Positions 19,060-28,289 of a stretch of 64,000 nt of DNA are shown piece after piece. Source of the DNA: Minisyncoccia bacterium (lineage in GTDB: Bacteria > Patescibacteriota > Minisyncoccia > Phycocordibacterales > PALSA-1337); contig JBGAUV010000001.1 in NCBI GenBank assembly GCA_044228445.1, positions 250,495 through 314,494 on the forward strand, given 5' to 3'. The notes beneath the pieces are model-generated. The model had not been told where the DNA came from, did not search any database, and saw only the letters and a program-made list of their open reading frames with translations. Position numbers and translations under genes: made by a program. Numbering within the stretch: position 1 is the first letter of the stretch; each line of letters begins with the position of its first letter.

Positions 19060-19190
19060 CCACCCCAGAGGTATGAAATTGTTCCGTCGTCACCTCCTAG
19101 TGACCACAGGGTCATACCCCACGACGGGATGATCGATTACCTCTGAGGGTGGTATACGGCTTGCAGAATTTTTCTGCGGCCTTTTTTATT
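19060..19190 (+). ncRNA. Candidate structured small RNA (~130 nt), class unknown
   Basis: P1 CCACCC-c-AGAGGTA (19061-74) pairs with TACCTCT-ga-GGGTGG (19138-52). P2 is CCGTCGT/ACGACGG. Inner hairpin TGACC-ACAG-GGTCA. Own terminator GGC-GCAGAA-TTT-TTCTGC-GGCC plus a T6 run. Confidence 0.55.
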
Positions 19191-19344
19191 TATATTATAT
19201 TTATACACAATAAGTATTGCCTTTTTCATATATTAGATGTACTATATTTATCCGGATGCACTCTACCTCGGTTTACTACTAGGAGGTGGTAGACTCAATA
19301 GGGGTAAGGGGGAGCATTGAACCTAGTTAAGTTAGGAGGTCAAA

Positions 19345-19530
19345 GTGTCAAAGGAAAATCCTGTGACGTCATGGAGGGTGATCGGGAAGCCGGTAGTCCG
19401 AAGTGACGGACACAATATTGTCAAAGTCGATAATGGAGGAAAGAGGCCGAGAGAAGTCCTTGTACCAAAGGGCACTCCAGCCAAAAATTTCAACGCCTTT
19501 ATCAAGCAGGCATTGTATCCCACTTATTGA
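19345..19530 (+). CDS. Small (61 aa) protein of unknown function, GC-richer than flanks
   Basis: GTG start 4 nt after TAGGAGGT; followed by two hairpins including a GC-rich terminator. Confidence 0.55.
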   Translation: MSKENPVTSWRVIGKPVVRSDGHNIVKVDNGGKRPREVLVPKGTPAKNFNAFIKQALYPTY

Positions 19531-19565
19531 CATGACTGACACTTCCCCTACGGGGGAAAACTACA

Positions 19566-19596
19566 CCGCCGGGCCCAGTGGACCCGGCGGTTTTGC
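19566..19596 (+). terminator. Rho-independent terminator
   Basis: CCGCCGGG-CCCAGTGGA-CCCGGCGG-TTTTG. Confidence 0.75.
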
Positions 19597-19657
19597 ATAT
19601 GTGGATAAATATTTCACCAATATAAAATATGGTATAATAGTATGAGTATAAAATCTC

Positions 19658-21517
19658 ATGAATGAAGAAAGAATTACATATTTTGCTCAAACAGACGCTA
19701 GAAATAAAAAGGTTTCCTTTGGAATAAAAGCAAAGGATAGAACTCGTCATGTTTATGTAATAGGAAAAACAGGTATGGGTAAATCAACCCTACTTGAAAA
19801 CATGGCTGTACAAGACATAAAGAATGGTGAAGGAATGGCTTTTATAGATCCACACGGTAAAACAGCAGACTTACTTTTGGAATATGTACCAAAAGAAAGA
19901 ATAAAAGATGTAATATATTTTGCTCCTTTCGATCTAGATCACCCAATATCATTTAATGTGCTTGAAAAAGTAGATGCAGATAAAAGACATCTAGTAGTAT
20001 CAGGTTTGATGAGTACATTTAAAAAGATTTGGAAAGATGCTTGGTCAGCAAGAATGGAATATATTCTTACAAATACACTTTTAGCACTTCTTGAATATCC
20101 AGAAGCAACTTTGCTTGGTGTAAATAGAATGCTTTCAGATAAAGAGTATAGAAAAAAGGTTGTAGCTTCAGTAACTGATCCAGCAGTAAAAACATTTTGG
20201 GTAGAAGAATTTGCAAACTATACAGAACGTATGGCAGCAGAAGCAGTACCTGCAATACAAAATAAAATAGGACAGTTTACAGCAAATGCACTAATTAGAA
20301 ATATGATTGGTCAGCCAAAATCTTCTTTTGATATAAGAAAAGCAATGGATGAAAAGAAGATTATGATTATAAACCTATCAAAAGGTAGAATAGGAGAAAC
20401 AAATGCAAATCTATTGGGAGGTATGCTTATTACAAAAATATATCTAGCAGCACTTTCGCGAGCAGATGTACCTGATAGAGTATTAAAAACACTACCAAAC
20501 TTCTATTTATTCGTAGACGAGTTTCAATCTTTTGCAAATGAATCTTTTGCAGATATTCTATCAGAAGCAAGAAAGTATAAATTGAATCTAACAATAGCCC
20601 ATCAATACATTGAACAAATGGAAGAGGAAGTTAGAGCTGCTGTATTTGGAAACGTCGGAACAATGATTGTATTTCGTGTTGGTTCGTATGATGCTGAGGT
20701 TTTAGAAAAAGAATTTGCTCCGCAGTTTACAGCTGAAGATATTGTAAATCTTGGTTTTGCTCAAATATATTTAAAACTTATGATTGATGGAATAAGTTCA
20801 CTACCATTTTCTGCTACAACACTACCTCCAATTCCACAACCAGAGATTTCAAATGCAGATGAAGTTTTAGCTACTTCCAGAGCACAATTTGCAAAAAATA
20901 GAGATGAAGTTGAAAAGAATATTGCAGATTGGCATGCACCCATTACACCTCCACAAAAGAATAAAATACCAAAACCTCCAGAAAATACAAAAACAGATAA
21001 TTTACATAAAAATCAAGATAATAATCCAGCTCATAATATTCCGAAACCAATTCCTATACCAGTAAAACCACAAATGGAAGTAAATAATATTCCAAAACCT
21101 CATGTTGTTCAAAATCCAACAGTAAATCAAGCACAATTGGATAATAAAAATAACACACAAATACAAAATAACAATCATGGCAATATGGAAAATCATAAAG
21201 TTCATACTGAAGTTAATAATCACAAAACTGAAGAAAAAAAAGATGATTTTATTTCACTTGAAAGTTTAAAGAAACAGGTTACAAATACAGCTCCACAAAG
21301 TCAACACAAACCTCACGAAGTTCATGTAAAAAATGTAAAAGAACAAGATCCAAAAAATGTCAGTGAACTTAGAAATGCTTTAGCTTCAGTACTAAAGAAT
21401 AATAATTTACCTAAAAAAGACGAGGTAGATAAAAAAGAAAAAAATGAGGTAAAAAATGAGGTTCAAAAAGGTGAGGTTTCAGAGGATGTACTAAAACAGG
21501 TACTTAAGGTAGAGTAA
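19658..21517 (+). CDS. VirD4/TraG/TraD-like (T4SS coupling-protein-like) P-loop ATPase with a long low-complexity C-terminal tail
   Basis: Walker A GKTGMGKST, Walker B FYLFVDEFQSF, IAHQY; no N-terminal TM; tail rich in N/K/P/H/Q. Confidence 0.7.
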   Translation: MNEERITYFAQTDARNKKVSFGIKAKDRTRHVYVIGKTGMGKSTLLENMAVQDIKNGEGMAFIDPHGKTADLLLEYVPKERIKDVIYFAPFDLDHPISFNVLEKVDADKRHLVVSGLMSTFKKIWKDAWSARMEYILTNTLLALLEYPEATLLGVNRMLSDKEYRKKVVASVTDPAVKTFWVEEFANYTERMAAEAVPAIQNKIGQFTANALIRNMIGQPKSSFDIRKAMDEKKIMIINLSKGRIGETNANLLGGMLITKIYLAALSRADVPDRVLKTLPNFYLFVDEFQSFANESFADILSEARKYKLNLTIAHQYIEQMEEEVRAAVFGNVGTMIVFRVGSYDAEVLEKEFAPQFTAEDIVNLGFAQIYLKLMIDGISSLPFSATTLPPIPQPEISNADEVLATSRAQFAKNRDEVEKNIADWHAPITPPQKNKIPKPPENTKTDNLHKNQDNNPAHNIPKPIPIPVKPQMEVNNIPKPHVVQNPTVNQAQLDNKNNTQIQNNNHGNMENHKVHTEVNNHKTEEKKDDFISLESLKKQVTNTAPQSQHKPHEVHVKNVKEQDPKNVSELRNALASVLKNNNLPKKDEVDKKEKNEVKNEVQKGEVSEDVLKQVLKVE

Positions 21518-21521
21518 ATAC

Positions 21522-22727
21522 ATGGAAAAGGGGTTAAATACAGAGAAAAAGAGCAAAATACTGGTCTTTTCAGTAGCTTATTATCCTTATCTAATAGGAG
21601 GTGCCGAACTAGCGCTAAAAGAGATAACAGACAGAATCGGTGGAGATATGGATATTGATATGATTACTCTATATGCCGGAGAATCAAGATTGGAAAGAAT
21701 AGGGAATATAAATGTATATAGAGTTGGTCCAAAGATAAAATTAGTAAATGGAAAAATAACTCACATTCCTCTTTATGTGAAGTTATTGTATATGTTTTTT
21801 GCTTTCATAAAATCTTTATCACTCGAAAGACAAAAGAATTATGATTTTATTTGGTCTATGATGGCAAGTTTTTCTGGTTATGTTGCTTTATTTTTCAAAT
21901 TAATTAAACCAAAAAAGAAATTTTTATTAACACTACAGGAAGGTGACTCTCTTGAACATATAGAAAAAGCTATGGGTATTACATATCCAATTGCTAAACC
22001 TTTATATAGAAAAATATTTGAAAAAGCAGATATGATTCAAGCGATTTCAAAATTTCTCGGAGAATTTTCAAGAGATATGGGTTCAAAATGTCCAATTGAA
22101 ATAATTCCAAATGCAGTAGACTATAAACTTTTCTCAATGTCTCAACAGCAAGGTCAAATGAATGCACTTAGATCAGAACTAGGTTTAACAGAGAATGATA
22201 ATGTAATAATTACCACATCAAGATTGGTAATGAAAAATGCTATTGGAGATATTATAGATGCACTTACATATTTACCTTACAATACAAAGCTACTTATACT
22301 TGGTATTGGTTCTCAAGAAAAACTCTTAAAAGAAAAAGTTCAATTATTAAAACTTGATAATAGAGTACAGTTTATTGGTTATGTTCCATATAAAGAAATA
22401 CCACTATATTTAAGTATTTCAAATATATTTATTAGACCAAGTATATCAGAAGGTTTCGGTAATTCTTTTATTGAAGCAATGGCATCTGGAATACCAGTAA
22501 TAGCAACACCTGTAGGAGGAATAGTTGATTTTCTTTTTGATAATGAAACAGGTTTCTTTTGTAAGGTAAAAGATCCAAAAAGCATAGCTGATAAAATAGA
22601 CTATATAACTAACAATGTTGAAATAAGAGAAAAAGTAATAAAGAATGCAAAGAAAATGGTTAGTGAAAAATATGATTGGGATAAAATTGCTCAAGATATG
22701 AAGGTTAAAGTAATAGAAAAAATGTAA
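21522..22727 (+). CDS. Glycosyltransferase family 4 (GT-B)
   Basis: SISEGFGNSFIEAMASGIPVIATPVGG (E-x7-E region). Confidence 0.8.
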   Translation: MEKGLNTEKKSKILVFSVAYYPYLIGGAELALKEITDRIGGDMDIDMITLYAGESRLERIGNINVYRVGPKIKLVNGKITHIPLYVKLLYMFFAFIKSLSLERQKNYDFIWSMMASFSGYVALFFKLIKPKKKFLLTLQEGDSLEHIEKAMGITYPIAKPLYRKIFEKADMIQAISKFLGEFSRDMGSKCPIEIIPNAVDYKLFSMSQQQGQMNALRSELGLTENDNVIITTSRLVMKNAIGDIIDALTYLPYNTKLLILGIGSQEKLLKEKVQLLKLDNRVQFIGYVPYKEIPLYLSISNIFIRPSISEGFGNSFIEAMASGIPVIATPVGGIVDFLFDNETGFFCKVKDPKSIADKIDYITNNVEIREKVIKNAKKMVSEKYDWDKIAQDMKVKVIEKM

Positions 22728-23762
22728 ATGAAAATATTAATATCTACAGGTATATATCCACCAAAGACTTCCGGTCCAGCACAATATGCAAAAAACATGC
22801 ATGATATTTGGACTAGTTCTGGGTATGATGTAAAGGTAAAAACATACGATATAGAAAATAAACTACCAAGTGGTATAAGACATTTATATTATTTCTTTAA
22901 AATATTACCTAGTGTTATAAAATCAGACTTTGTATTTACACTTGATACTTTCAGTGTAGGTTTACCAACCGCAATGGCTTGTGCTTTATTCAATAAAAAA
23001 TTTATCATTCGTACAGGCGGAGATTTCCTATGGGAAGGATATGTTGAAAGGACAGGTGATCTTGTTTTATTAAAAGATTTCTATAAAACAAGAATAGATA
23101 ATTTAAATTTAAAAGAAAAAATAATATTTAATCTTACAAAATGGGTTTTAAATAAAACTGATATTCTAATATTCAGTACAGAATGGCAAAAAGATATATT
23201 TATGGAGCCATATGAACTTCAAAAGAAAGACAATGATGGAAAAATTAAAATTGTAGAAAATAGATATGGAGAAAAGGAAATAAATGATACACAGAGTTTT
23301 GATACAATAAAGAATTTTGATTTTATTGCTAGCACTAGAGTTTTGAAATGGAAGAATATAGATTTCTTAAAAAAAATATTTGATAGTGAAGAATTGAAAT
23401 CAAAAGGTGTAAGACTTATAACTCAAGAAATGAAATATGATGATTTTATGAATGCTATGAAAAAGTCATACGCAACTATACTTATATCTTTAGGTGATAT
23501 AAGTCCTCATATGATACTTGATTCTATTAGATTAAATAAACCTTTTATAATTACACAAGAAAACGGTCTCTTAAATAGAATAGAAAGAATTGCTTTAAAA
23601 GTTGATCCAAAGGATGAAAATGATATAAAAAATAAAATAAATTATTTATTAGATAAGACAAACTATGATCGCCAAGTTTCACTTATAAAATCTTTTGATT
23701 TCAAGAGAACTTGGGAAGAAATATCAAAAGAGATTTTAGAAATAGTAAAAAATATTAAATAA
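22728..23762 (+). CDS. Putative GT-B glycosyltransferase
   Basis: MKILISTGIYPPKTSGPAQY N-terminus typical of GT4-like enzymes; C-terminal half divergent. Confidence 0.5.
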   Translation: MKILISTGIYPPKTSGPAQYAKNMHDIWTSSGYDVKVKTYDIENKLPSGIRHLYYFFKILPSVIKSDFVFTLDTFSVGLPTAMACALFNKKFIIRTGGDFLWEGYVERTGDLVLLKDFYKTRIDNLNLKEKIIFNLTKWVLNKTDILIFSTEWQKDIFMEPYELQKKDNDGKIKIVENRYGEKEINDTQSFDTIKNFDFIASTRVLKWKNIDFLKKIFDSEELKSKGVRLITQEMKYDDFMNAMKKSYATILISLGDISPHMILDSIRLNKPFIITQENGLLNRIERIALKVDPKDENDIKNKINYLLDKTNYDRQVSLIKSFDFKRTWEEISKEILEIVKNIK

Positions 23763-23763
23763 T

Positions 23764-24744
23764 ATGAAGCTATTATCAATTTCAACAGATAGAAAAATAT
23801 TTGATAAAAATAGTGCAGTAGCATTAAGACAAATTGAATATGCAAAAAGTTATGAAGAAATGCATATTATTGTTTTTAGTGATAAAAGCTATAGTGAAAT
23901 ATCACTAGCACCAAATATTTGGGTTTATCCAAGTCATTCTAGCAATAGATGGATGTATATATTCGATGCTTTAAAACTCGGTAGATTTATCGTTGAAAAA
24001 AGAAATATTGATAATATAACTTGTCAGGATCCATTTGAAACAGGTTTGGTTGGAGCACTTATAAAAAGTCGACATAATGTAAAACTTGAAATTCAAATTC
24101 ATACTGATTTAGGAAATAAATATTTTAGAAATTTTAATACTTTAAATAAAATTAGATCAATTATTTCAAACTTTGTTTTACCTAGAGCAGATCATGTTAG
24201 GGTAGTATCAAATAGAATAAAGGATTACGTTAAGAGATATATTGATGAAACGAAGATAGAAATAAGACCTATTAAAGTCGATATAGATAAAATAGAAAAT
24301 ACTCCAATCAGTGTTGATTTACATAAAAAATATCCACAATTTGAGAAAATTGTTCTAATGGCTAGTAGAATAGAAAAAGAAAAAAATATAGATATGGCTA
24401 TTAGATCTTTTTCTGTATTATCAAAAATGCGACAAAATGTCGGTCTTATAATAGTTGGAAGTGGTAAAGAGAAAGAATACTTAAAAAATTTAGCAAAAGA
24501 ACTTTGTATAGAAAAACTTGTAATATTTGAAGATTGGAATGATGATATTGTATCTTACTATAAAACTTGTGATATATTTCTACTAACTTCATGGTATGAA
24601 GGGTATGGTATGTCACTAGTTGAAGCTCAAGCTTGCGGGGCAAAAGTAGTTTCAACTGATGTGGGTATTGCAAAAGAATTGGCAATAAAGACTGTTAAAT
24701 ATAATGAAGATTCTATAGCTTGGGGAATAATGGAATATCTTTAG
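23764..24744 (+). CDS. Glycosyltransferase family 4
   Basis: SWYEGYGMSLVEAQACGAKVVSTDVG. Confidence 0.75.
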   Translation: MKLLSISTDRKIFDKNSAVALRQIEYAKSYEEMHIIVFSDKSYSEISLAPNIWVYPSHSSNRWMYIFDALKLGRFIVEKRNIDNITCQDPFETGLVGALIKSRHNVKLEIQIHTDLGNKYFRNFNTLNKIRSIISNFVLPRADHVRVVSNRIKDYVKRYIDETKIEIRPIKVDIDKIENTPISVDLHKKYPQFEKIVLMASRIEKEKNIDMAIRSFSVLSKMRQNVGLIIVGSGKEKEYLKNLAKELCIEKLVIFEDWNDDIVSYYKTCDIFLLTSWYEGYGMSLVEAQACGAKVVSTDVGIAKELAIKTVKYNEDSIAWGIMEYL

Positions 24745-24763
24745 TTTTTTAGTATAAATTTTA

Positions 24764-26251
24764 ATGAAAAAAATACTGAATAATACAATAATTAAATATT
24801 TAATTTCAGGCAGTACATCTGCTTTTATTGACTTATTTATTTTACATTTACTTGATACATATACAGGATTTCATTATCTTATAAGTGTAAATATTGCTTT
24901 TCTTTGTGCATTTTTTATGAGTTTCTTTTTGCAAAAGTATTGGACTTTTAGTGATAAGACTCAAGGAAGAACAAAAGTGCAAATGATAATGTATTTTACA
25001 ATTTCTGTAATAAATGTTTTTGTAAATAGTTTTTTAATTCATGCAATATTAAATAATTTTTCAGTTCCAAGTATATTTTTATTAAGACCAGTTGTAATCG
25101 CTCAGATAATTGCAGCTTTCTTTGTTGCTACAGAGTCTTTCTTTATATATAGATATTTAATTTTCAAGAAAAAGCATGTATTTGAAAATAGTAAAAGAGA
25201 TAAAGATATATTAATAATTACTCAAAAAATAGATAAGAATGATAGTTATTTTGGTTTCTTCCATGATTGGGTAGTTGAATTTGCAAAGAATTGCAATAAG
25301 GTAAATATAATTTCTTTAGAAACATATAGTTACGATTTTCCTTCAAATGTTAGTGTATTTTCACTTGGTAAAGAAAATTATAAAAGTAAGTTTAATTATT
25401 TAAAAAATCTATATAAATATATTTATAAATATAGGGACAATTATGATGTAGTTCTATGTCATATGAGTCCACTTTATGTTATTGCTGGATATCCAGTTTG
25501 GAAATTATTAAATAAAAGAATTGTACTCTGGTATGTTCATAGATCGGTTGATTTAAAATTGAAAATTGCAAATATTTTAGTAGATAAAGTATTAACTGCT
25601 ACAAAAGAAAGTTATAGAATAAATAGTGAAAAAGTACATTATTTAGGTCAAGCAGTTAATATTGAACATTTCTCAAATAAAATAGGGGAGAGAAAGCCTG
25701 ATGGATATTTCAATATAATTACAGTTGGTAGAATAACTCCAATAAAAAGACTAGATATTTTAGTTGAAGCTATATCAATTCTTGATAAACAAAATGTACC
25801 TGTAAAGTTATTTATTGCAGGAGCTCCAACTGTACAAACTGATCTTGAATATGAAACAAAAATTCAGAAGAAAATAAAAGAATTAAATCTAGATGAAAAA
25901 ATAATATTCTTAGGTCCAGTACCATATATAGATATACCAAAGCATTATTGGAATAGTGATGTATGTGTAAACCTAGCACCAACTGGAGGCCTTGATAAAA
26001 CAGGTTTAGAGGCAATGATGGCAGGTATACCATTAATTACCTCAAATACAGCTTTTGAGGCCCATTTTGGGCAGTTTTCAAAGGATTTGATAGTAAATGA
26101 CCATGATCCACAAGATACAGCTTTTAAACTATTTAATCTATATAATTCAAAGAAATATACATTTATTGGTTTCACTTTGAGAAAAGAAGTTATAAAAAGA
26201 TCTAGTCTCGACAATTTAATAGCTAATATTGTAAAAGAACTTTATATATGA
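24764..26251 (+). CDS. GtrA-like membrane domain fused to a GT-B glycosyltransferase
   Basis: N-terminal ISGSTSAFIDLFILHLL...QKYWTF (GtrA family); C-terminal GGLDKTGLEAMMAGIPLITSN. Confidence 0.65.
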   Translation: MKKILNNTIIKYLISGSTSAFIDLFILHLLDTYTGFHYLISVNIAFLCAFFMSFFLQKYWTFSDKTQGRTKVQMIMYFTISVINVFVNSFLIHAILNNFSVPSIFLLRPVVIAQIIAAFFVATESFFIYRYLIFKKKHVFENSKRDKDILIITQKIDKNDSYFGFFHDWVVEFAKNCNKVNIISLETYSYDFPSNVSVFSLGKENYKSKFNYLKNLYKYIYKYRDNYDVVLCHMSPLYVIAGYPVWKLLNKRIVLWYVHRSVDLKLKIANILVDKVLTATKESYRINSEKVHYLGQAVNIEHFSNKIGERKPDGYFNIITVGRITPIKRLDILVEAISILDKQNVPVKLFIAGAPTVQTDLEYETKIQKKIKELNLDEKIIFLGPVPYIDIPKHYWNSDVCVNLAPTGGLDKTGLEAMMAGIPLITSNTAFEAHFGQFSKDLIVNDHDPQDTAFKLFNLYNSKKYTFIGFTLRKEVIKRSSLDNLIANIVKELYI

Positions 26252-27312
26252 AAAAGATATGTTTTTTTGGAATATTTGATGAAAATTATTCTAGAAATAG
26301 AGTCTTAATTAAAGGCTTTAAAGAAAATAATTTTGAAGTACATTTTTGTAAAATTGATCCAAATGTTCATAAGGGTTTAAAAAAGTTTTATGAACTATAT
26401 TTACAATATAAAAAGATAAATGAAAATAAATTCGATCATGTTTTAGTTGCTTTTCCGGGACATAGTGTTGTTTGGTTAGCTAGAATATTATTTGGAAAAA
26501 ATATAATATTTGATGCTTTTGTTTCTCTTTATAATTCAAACTATCAAGACAGAAGAAAGTATTTTAAACACTCATTATTTGCTTTCAAAGATAAAATATT
26601 GGATTGGTTTTCAATAAGACTATGTAAATACGTACTTCTAGATACAAATGCTCACATTGATTATTTTGTCGAAAATTATGGTTTAAAAAGAGAAAAAGCA
26701 AAAAGAGTTTTTGTGGGTACTGATGATAGTGTTATGTACCCTAGAAAAATAGAGAATAAAACAAAAGATTTTATCGTCCATTTCCATGGAAGCTTCATAC
26801 CACTTCAAGGAATTGAATATATAATTCACGCTTTTAATTTAATAATTAATAAATATGAAGTTAAAGATATAAAGTTGAGACTTATAGGTAAGGGTCAAGA
26901 AAGTGAAAAAATAAAAAGACTTATAAATAGTTTAAATTTATTCGATAATATTGAACAAATAGATAAGGTTAGTTATGAAACTCTGCCTGAATACATTTGT
27001 AATTCCGGTGTTGCACTAGGTATATTTGGTAAAAATATAAAATCAGATATGGTTATACCAAATAAAGTTTATGAAGCAATAGGTTGTGGTAAGATCTTGA
27101 TAACTTCAAATACAAAAGCTATTAGAGAATTATTAATTGATAAAGTTAATGCTGTATTAGTAGAACAAGGCAATGCAGTAGAATTAGCTCAAGCAATAAT
27201 AGATATAAAACGAAATAATTTAGACATTATAAATATACAAAAAAATGTAGAAATTTTGAGAAAAGAAATATATCCAAAAAATATTGTAAATAATTTAATT
27301 AAAACAATATGA
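26248..27312 (+). CDS. Putative GT-B glycosyltransferase
   Basis: KICFFGIFDENYSRNRVL N-terminus; C-terminal VYEAIGCGKILITS nucleotide-sugar-binding-like region. Confidence 0.55.
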   Translation: MKKICFFGIFDENYSRNRVLIKGFKENNFEVHFCKIDPNVHKGLKKFYELYLQYKKINENKFDHVLVAFPGHSVVWLARILFGKNIIFDAFVSLYNSNYQDRRKYFKHSLFAFKDKILDWFSIRLCKYVLLDTNAHIDYFVENYGLKREKAKRVFVGTDDSVMYPRKIENKTKDFIVHFHGSFIPLQGIEYIIHAFNLIINKYEVKDIKLRLIGKGQESEKIKRLINSLNLFDNIEQIDKVSYETLPEYICNSGVALGIFGKNIKSDMVIPNKVYEAIGCGKILITSNTKAIRELLIDKVNAVLVEQGNAVELAQAIIDIKRNNLDIINIQKNVEILRKEIYPKNIVNNLIKTI

Positions 27313-28289
27313 TAAAAATATCTTGCATAATTCCACAGATAAAAGACGATTATCTCGTAAATACAGTAATAGATGGACTATCAATTTTAGAACAAGAAAA
27401 TAAAATTGAATGGCTAGTTTCATCATTATCTTATAAGAATACATATATAAAGGAAAAAAATAGACCAAGTTCAATACAAGATTTTATTAATAAAGCTAAA
27501 CAAGCAGATATAATATTATTATTTTGGAGTAAGTCTGGAGTTGATTTAGATTTAATTAAACAAATTAATTGTTTTAATAAGACTATATTTATCGATGGTT
27601 CTGAACTGGGTAGAAATAAAAGATTGGATAAAGATATCGTTCAAAAATTAAATAATCTAACTTGGGAAGGGCAGGGTAAAATAGATCAAGATTTATTAAA
27701 TAAATGCGCTGGATATTTTAGAAGAGAAAAACCATATATAAATGGTATAAAGCCTTTTCCTTTTGGTATTGAAAGAAAATATATAGGTTGGAATAAAAAT
27801 ATAGTAAAGGATATAGACTTTGTATGTATATTTGGACAAGAGCAATATCCACCGCTTAGAAAAAAAGTTAGAAAAATATTGGAAAGTTTTTGTAAGAAAA
27901 ATGAATTAGTTTATGTAACAGAAAAAACTAAAACAAGAGATGAATTTTATAATATTTTAGCTAGAGCAAAAGTTGGAATATCTGTAAGTGGGGGAGGATA
28001 TGATACTGCTAGATTTTGGGAAATACTAGGTAATAATTGTATTTTATTAACTGAAAAGATCGATATATATAATGATGAAGATAAGAGATTGCAATATAAC
28101 AATATATATGAATTCAATAATGAAAATGATTTTGAAGATTTATTAATAAAAATCACTCAGTATTTACGAACTGATTATAATATAAATGATTTGAAAAAAG
28201 ATTATCAAAATATAATAAATAATCATTCAAGTAAAGCCAGAGTAAATGAAATAATTGATTATTGTAAAGATAAGGGTATTATTAAATGA
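27309..28289 (+). CDS. Hypothetical protein, possible CgeB-like glycosyltransferase
   Basis: GGGYDTARFWEILGNNCILLTE resembles the CgeB/DUF3880 C-terminus; weak. Confidence 0.4.
   Translation: MIKISCIIPQIKDDYLVNTVIDGLSILEQENKIEWLVSSLSYKNTYIKEKNRPSSIQDFINKAKQADIILLFWSKSGVDLDLIKQINCFNKTIFIDGSELGRNKRLDKDIVQKLNNLTWEGQGKIDQDLLNKCAGYFRREKPYINGIKPFPFGIERKYIGWNKNIVKDIDFVCIFGQEQYPPLRKKVRKILESFCKKNELVYVTEKTKTRDEFYNILARAKVGISVSGGGYDTARFWEILGNNCILLTEKIDIYNDEDKRLQYNNIYEFNNENDFEDLLIKITQYLRTDYNINDLKKDYQNIINNHSSKARVNEIIDYCKDKGIIK

Noticed and set aside
19060-19190. The 19-kb RNA as SRP (4.5S) RNA, 6S RNA, tmRNA or a terminator-type riboswitch
   Set aside because: It lacks the SRP helix-8 GGAA/AGCA motifs, the 6S central bubble architecture and the tmRNA tRNA-like ends. 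As a riboswitch, its terminator is about 150 nt and a second promoter-like site away from the ORF. It is kept as an unknown ncRNA.
19332-19750. ORFs 19332-19523(-), 19403-19645(+) and 19502-19750(-)
   Set aside because: They are shadow frames of the SD-led 19345-19530 gene and of terminator/promoter sequence. They have no start-site signals, and the last one overlaps the ATPase start on the antisense strand.
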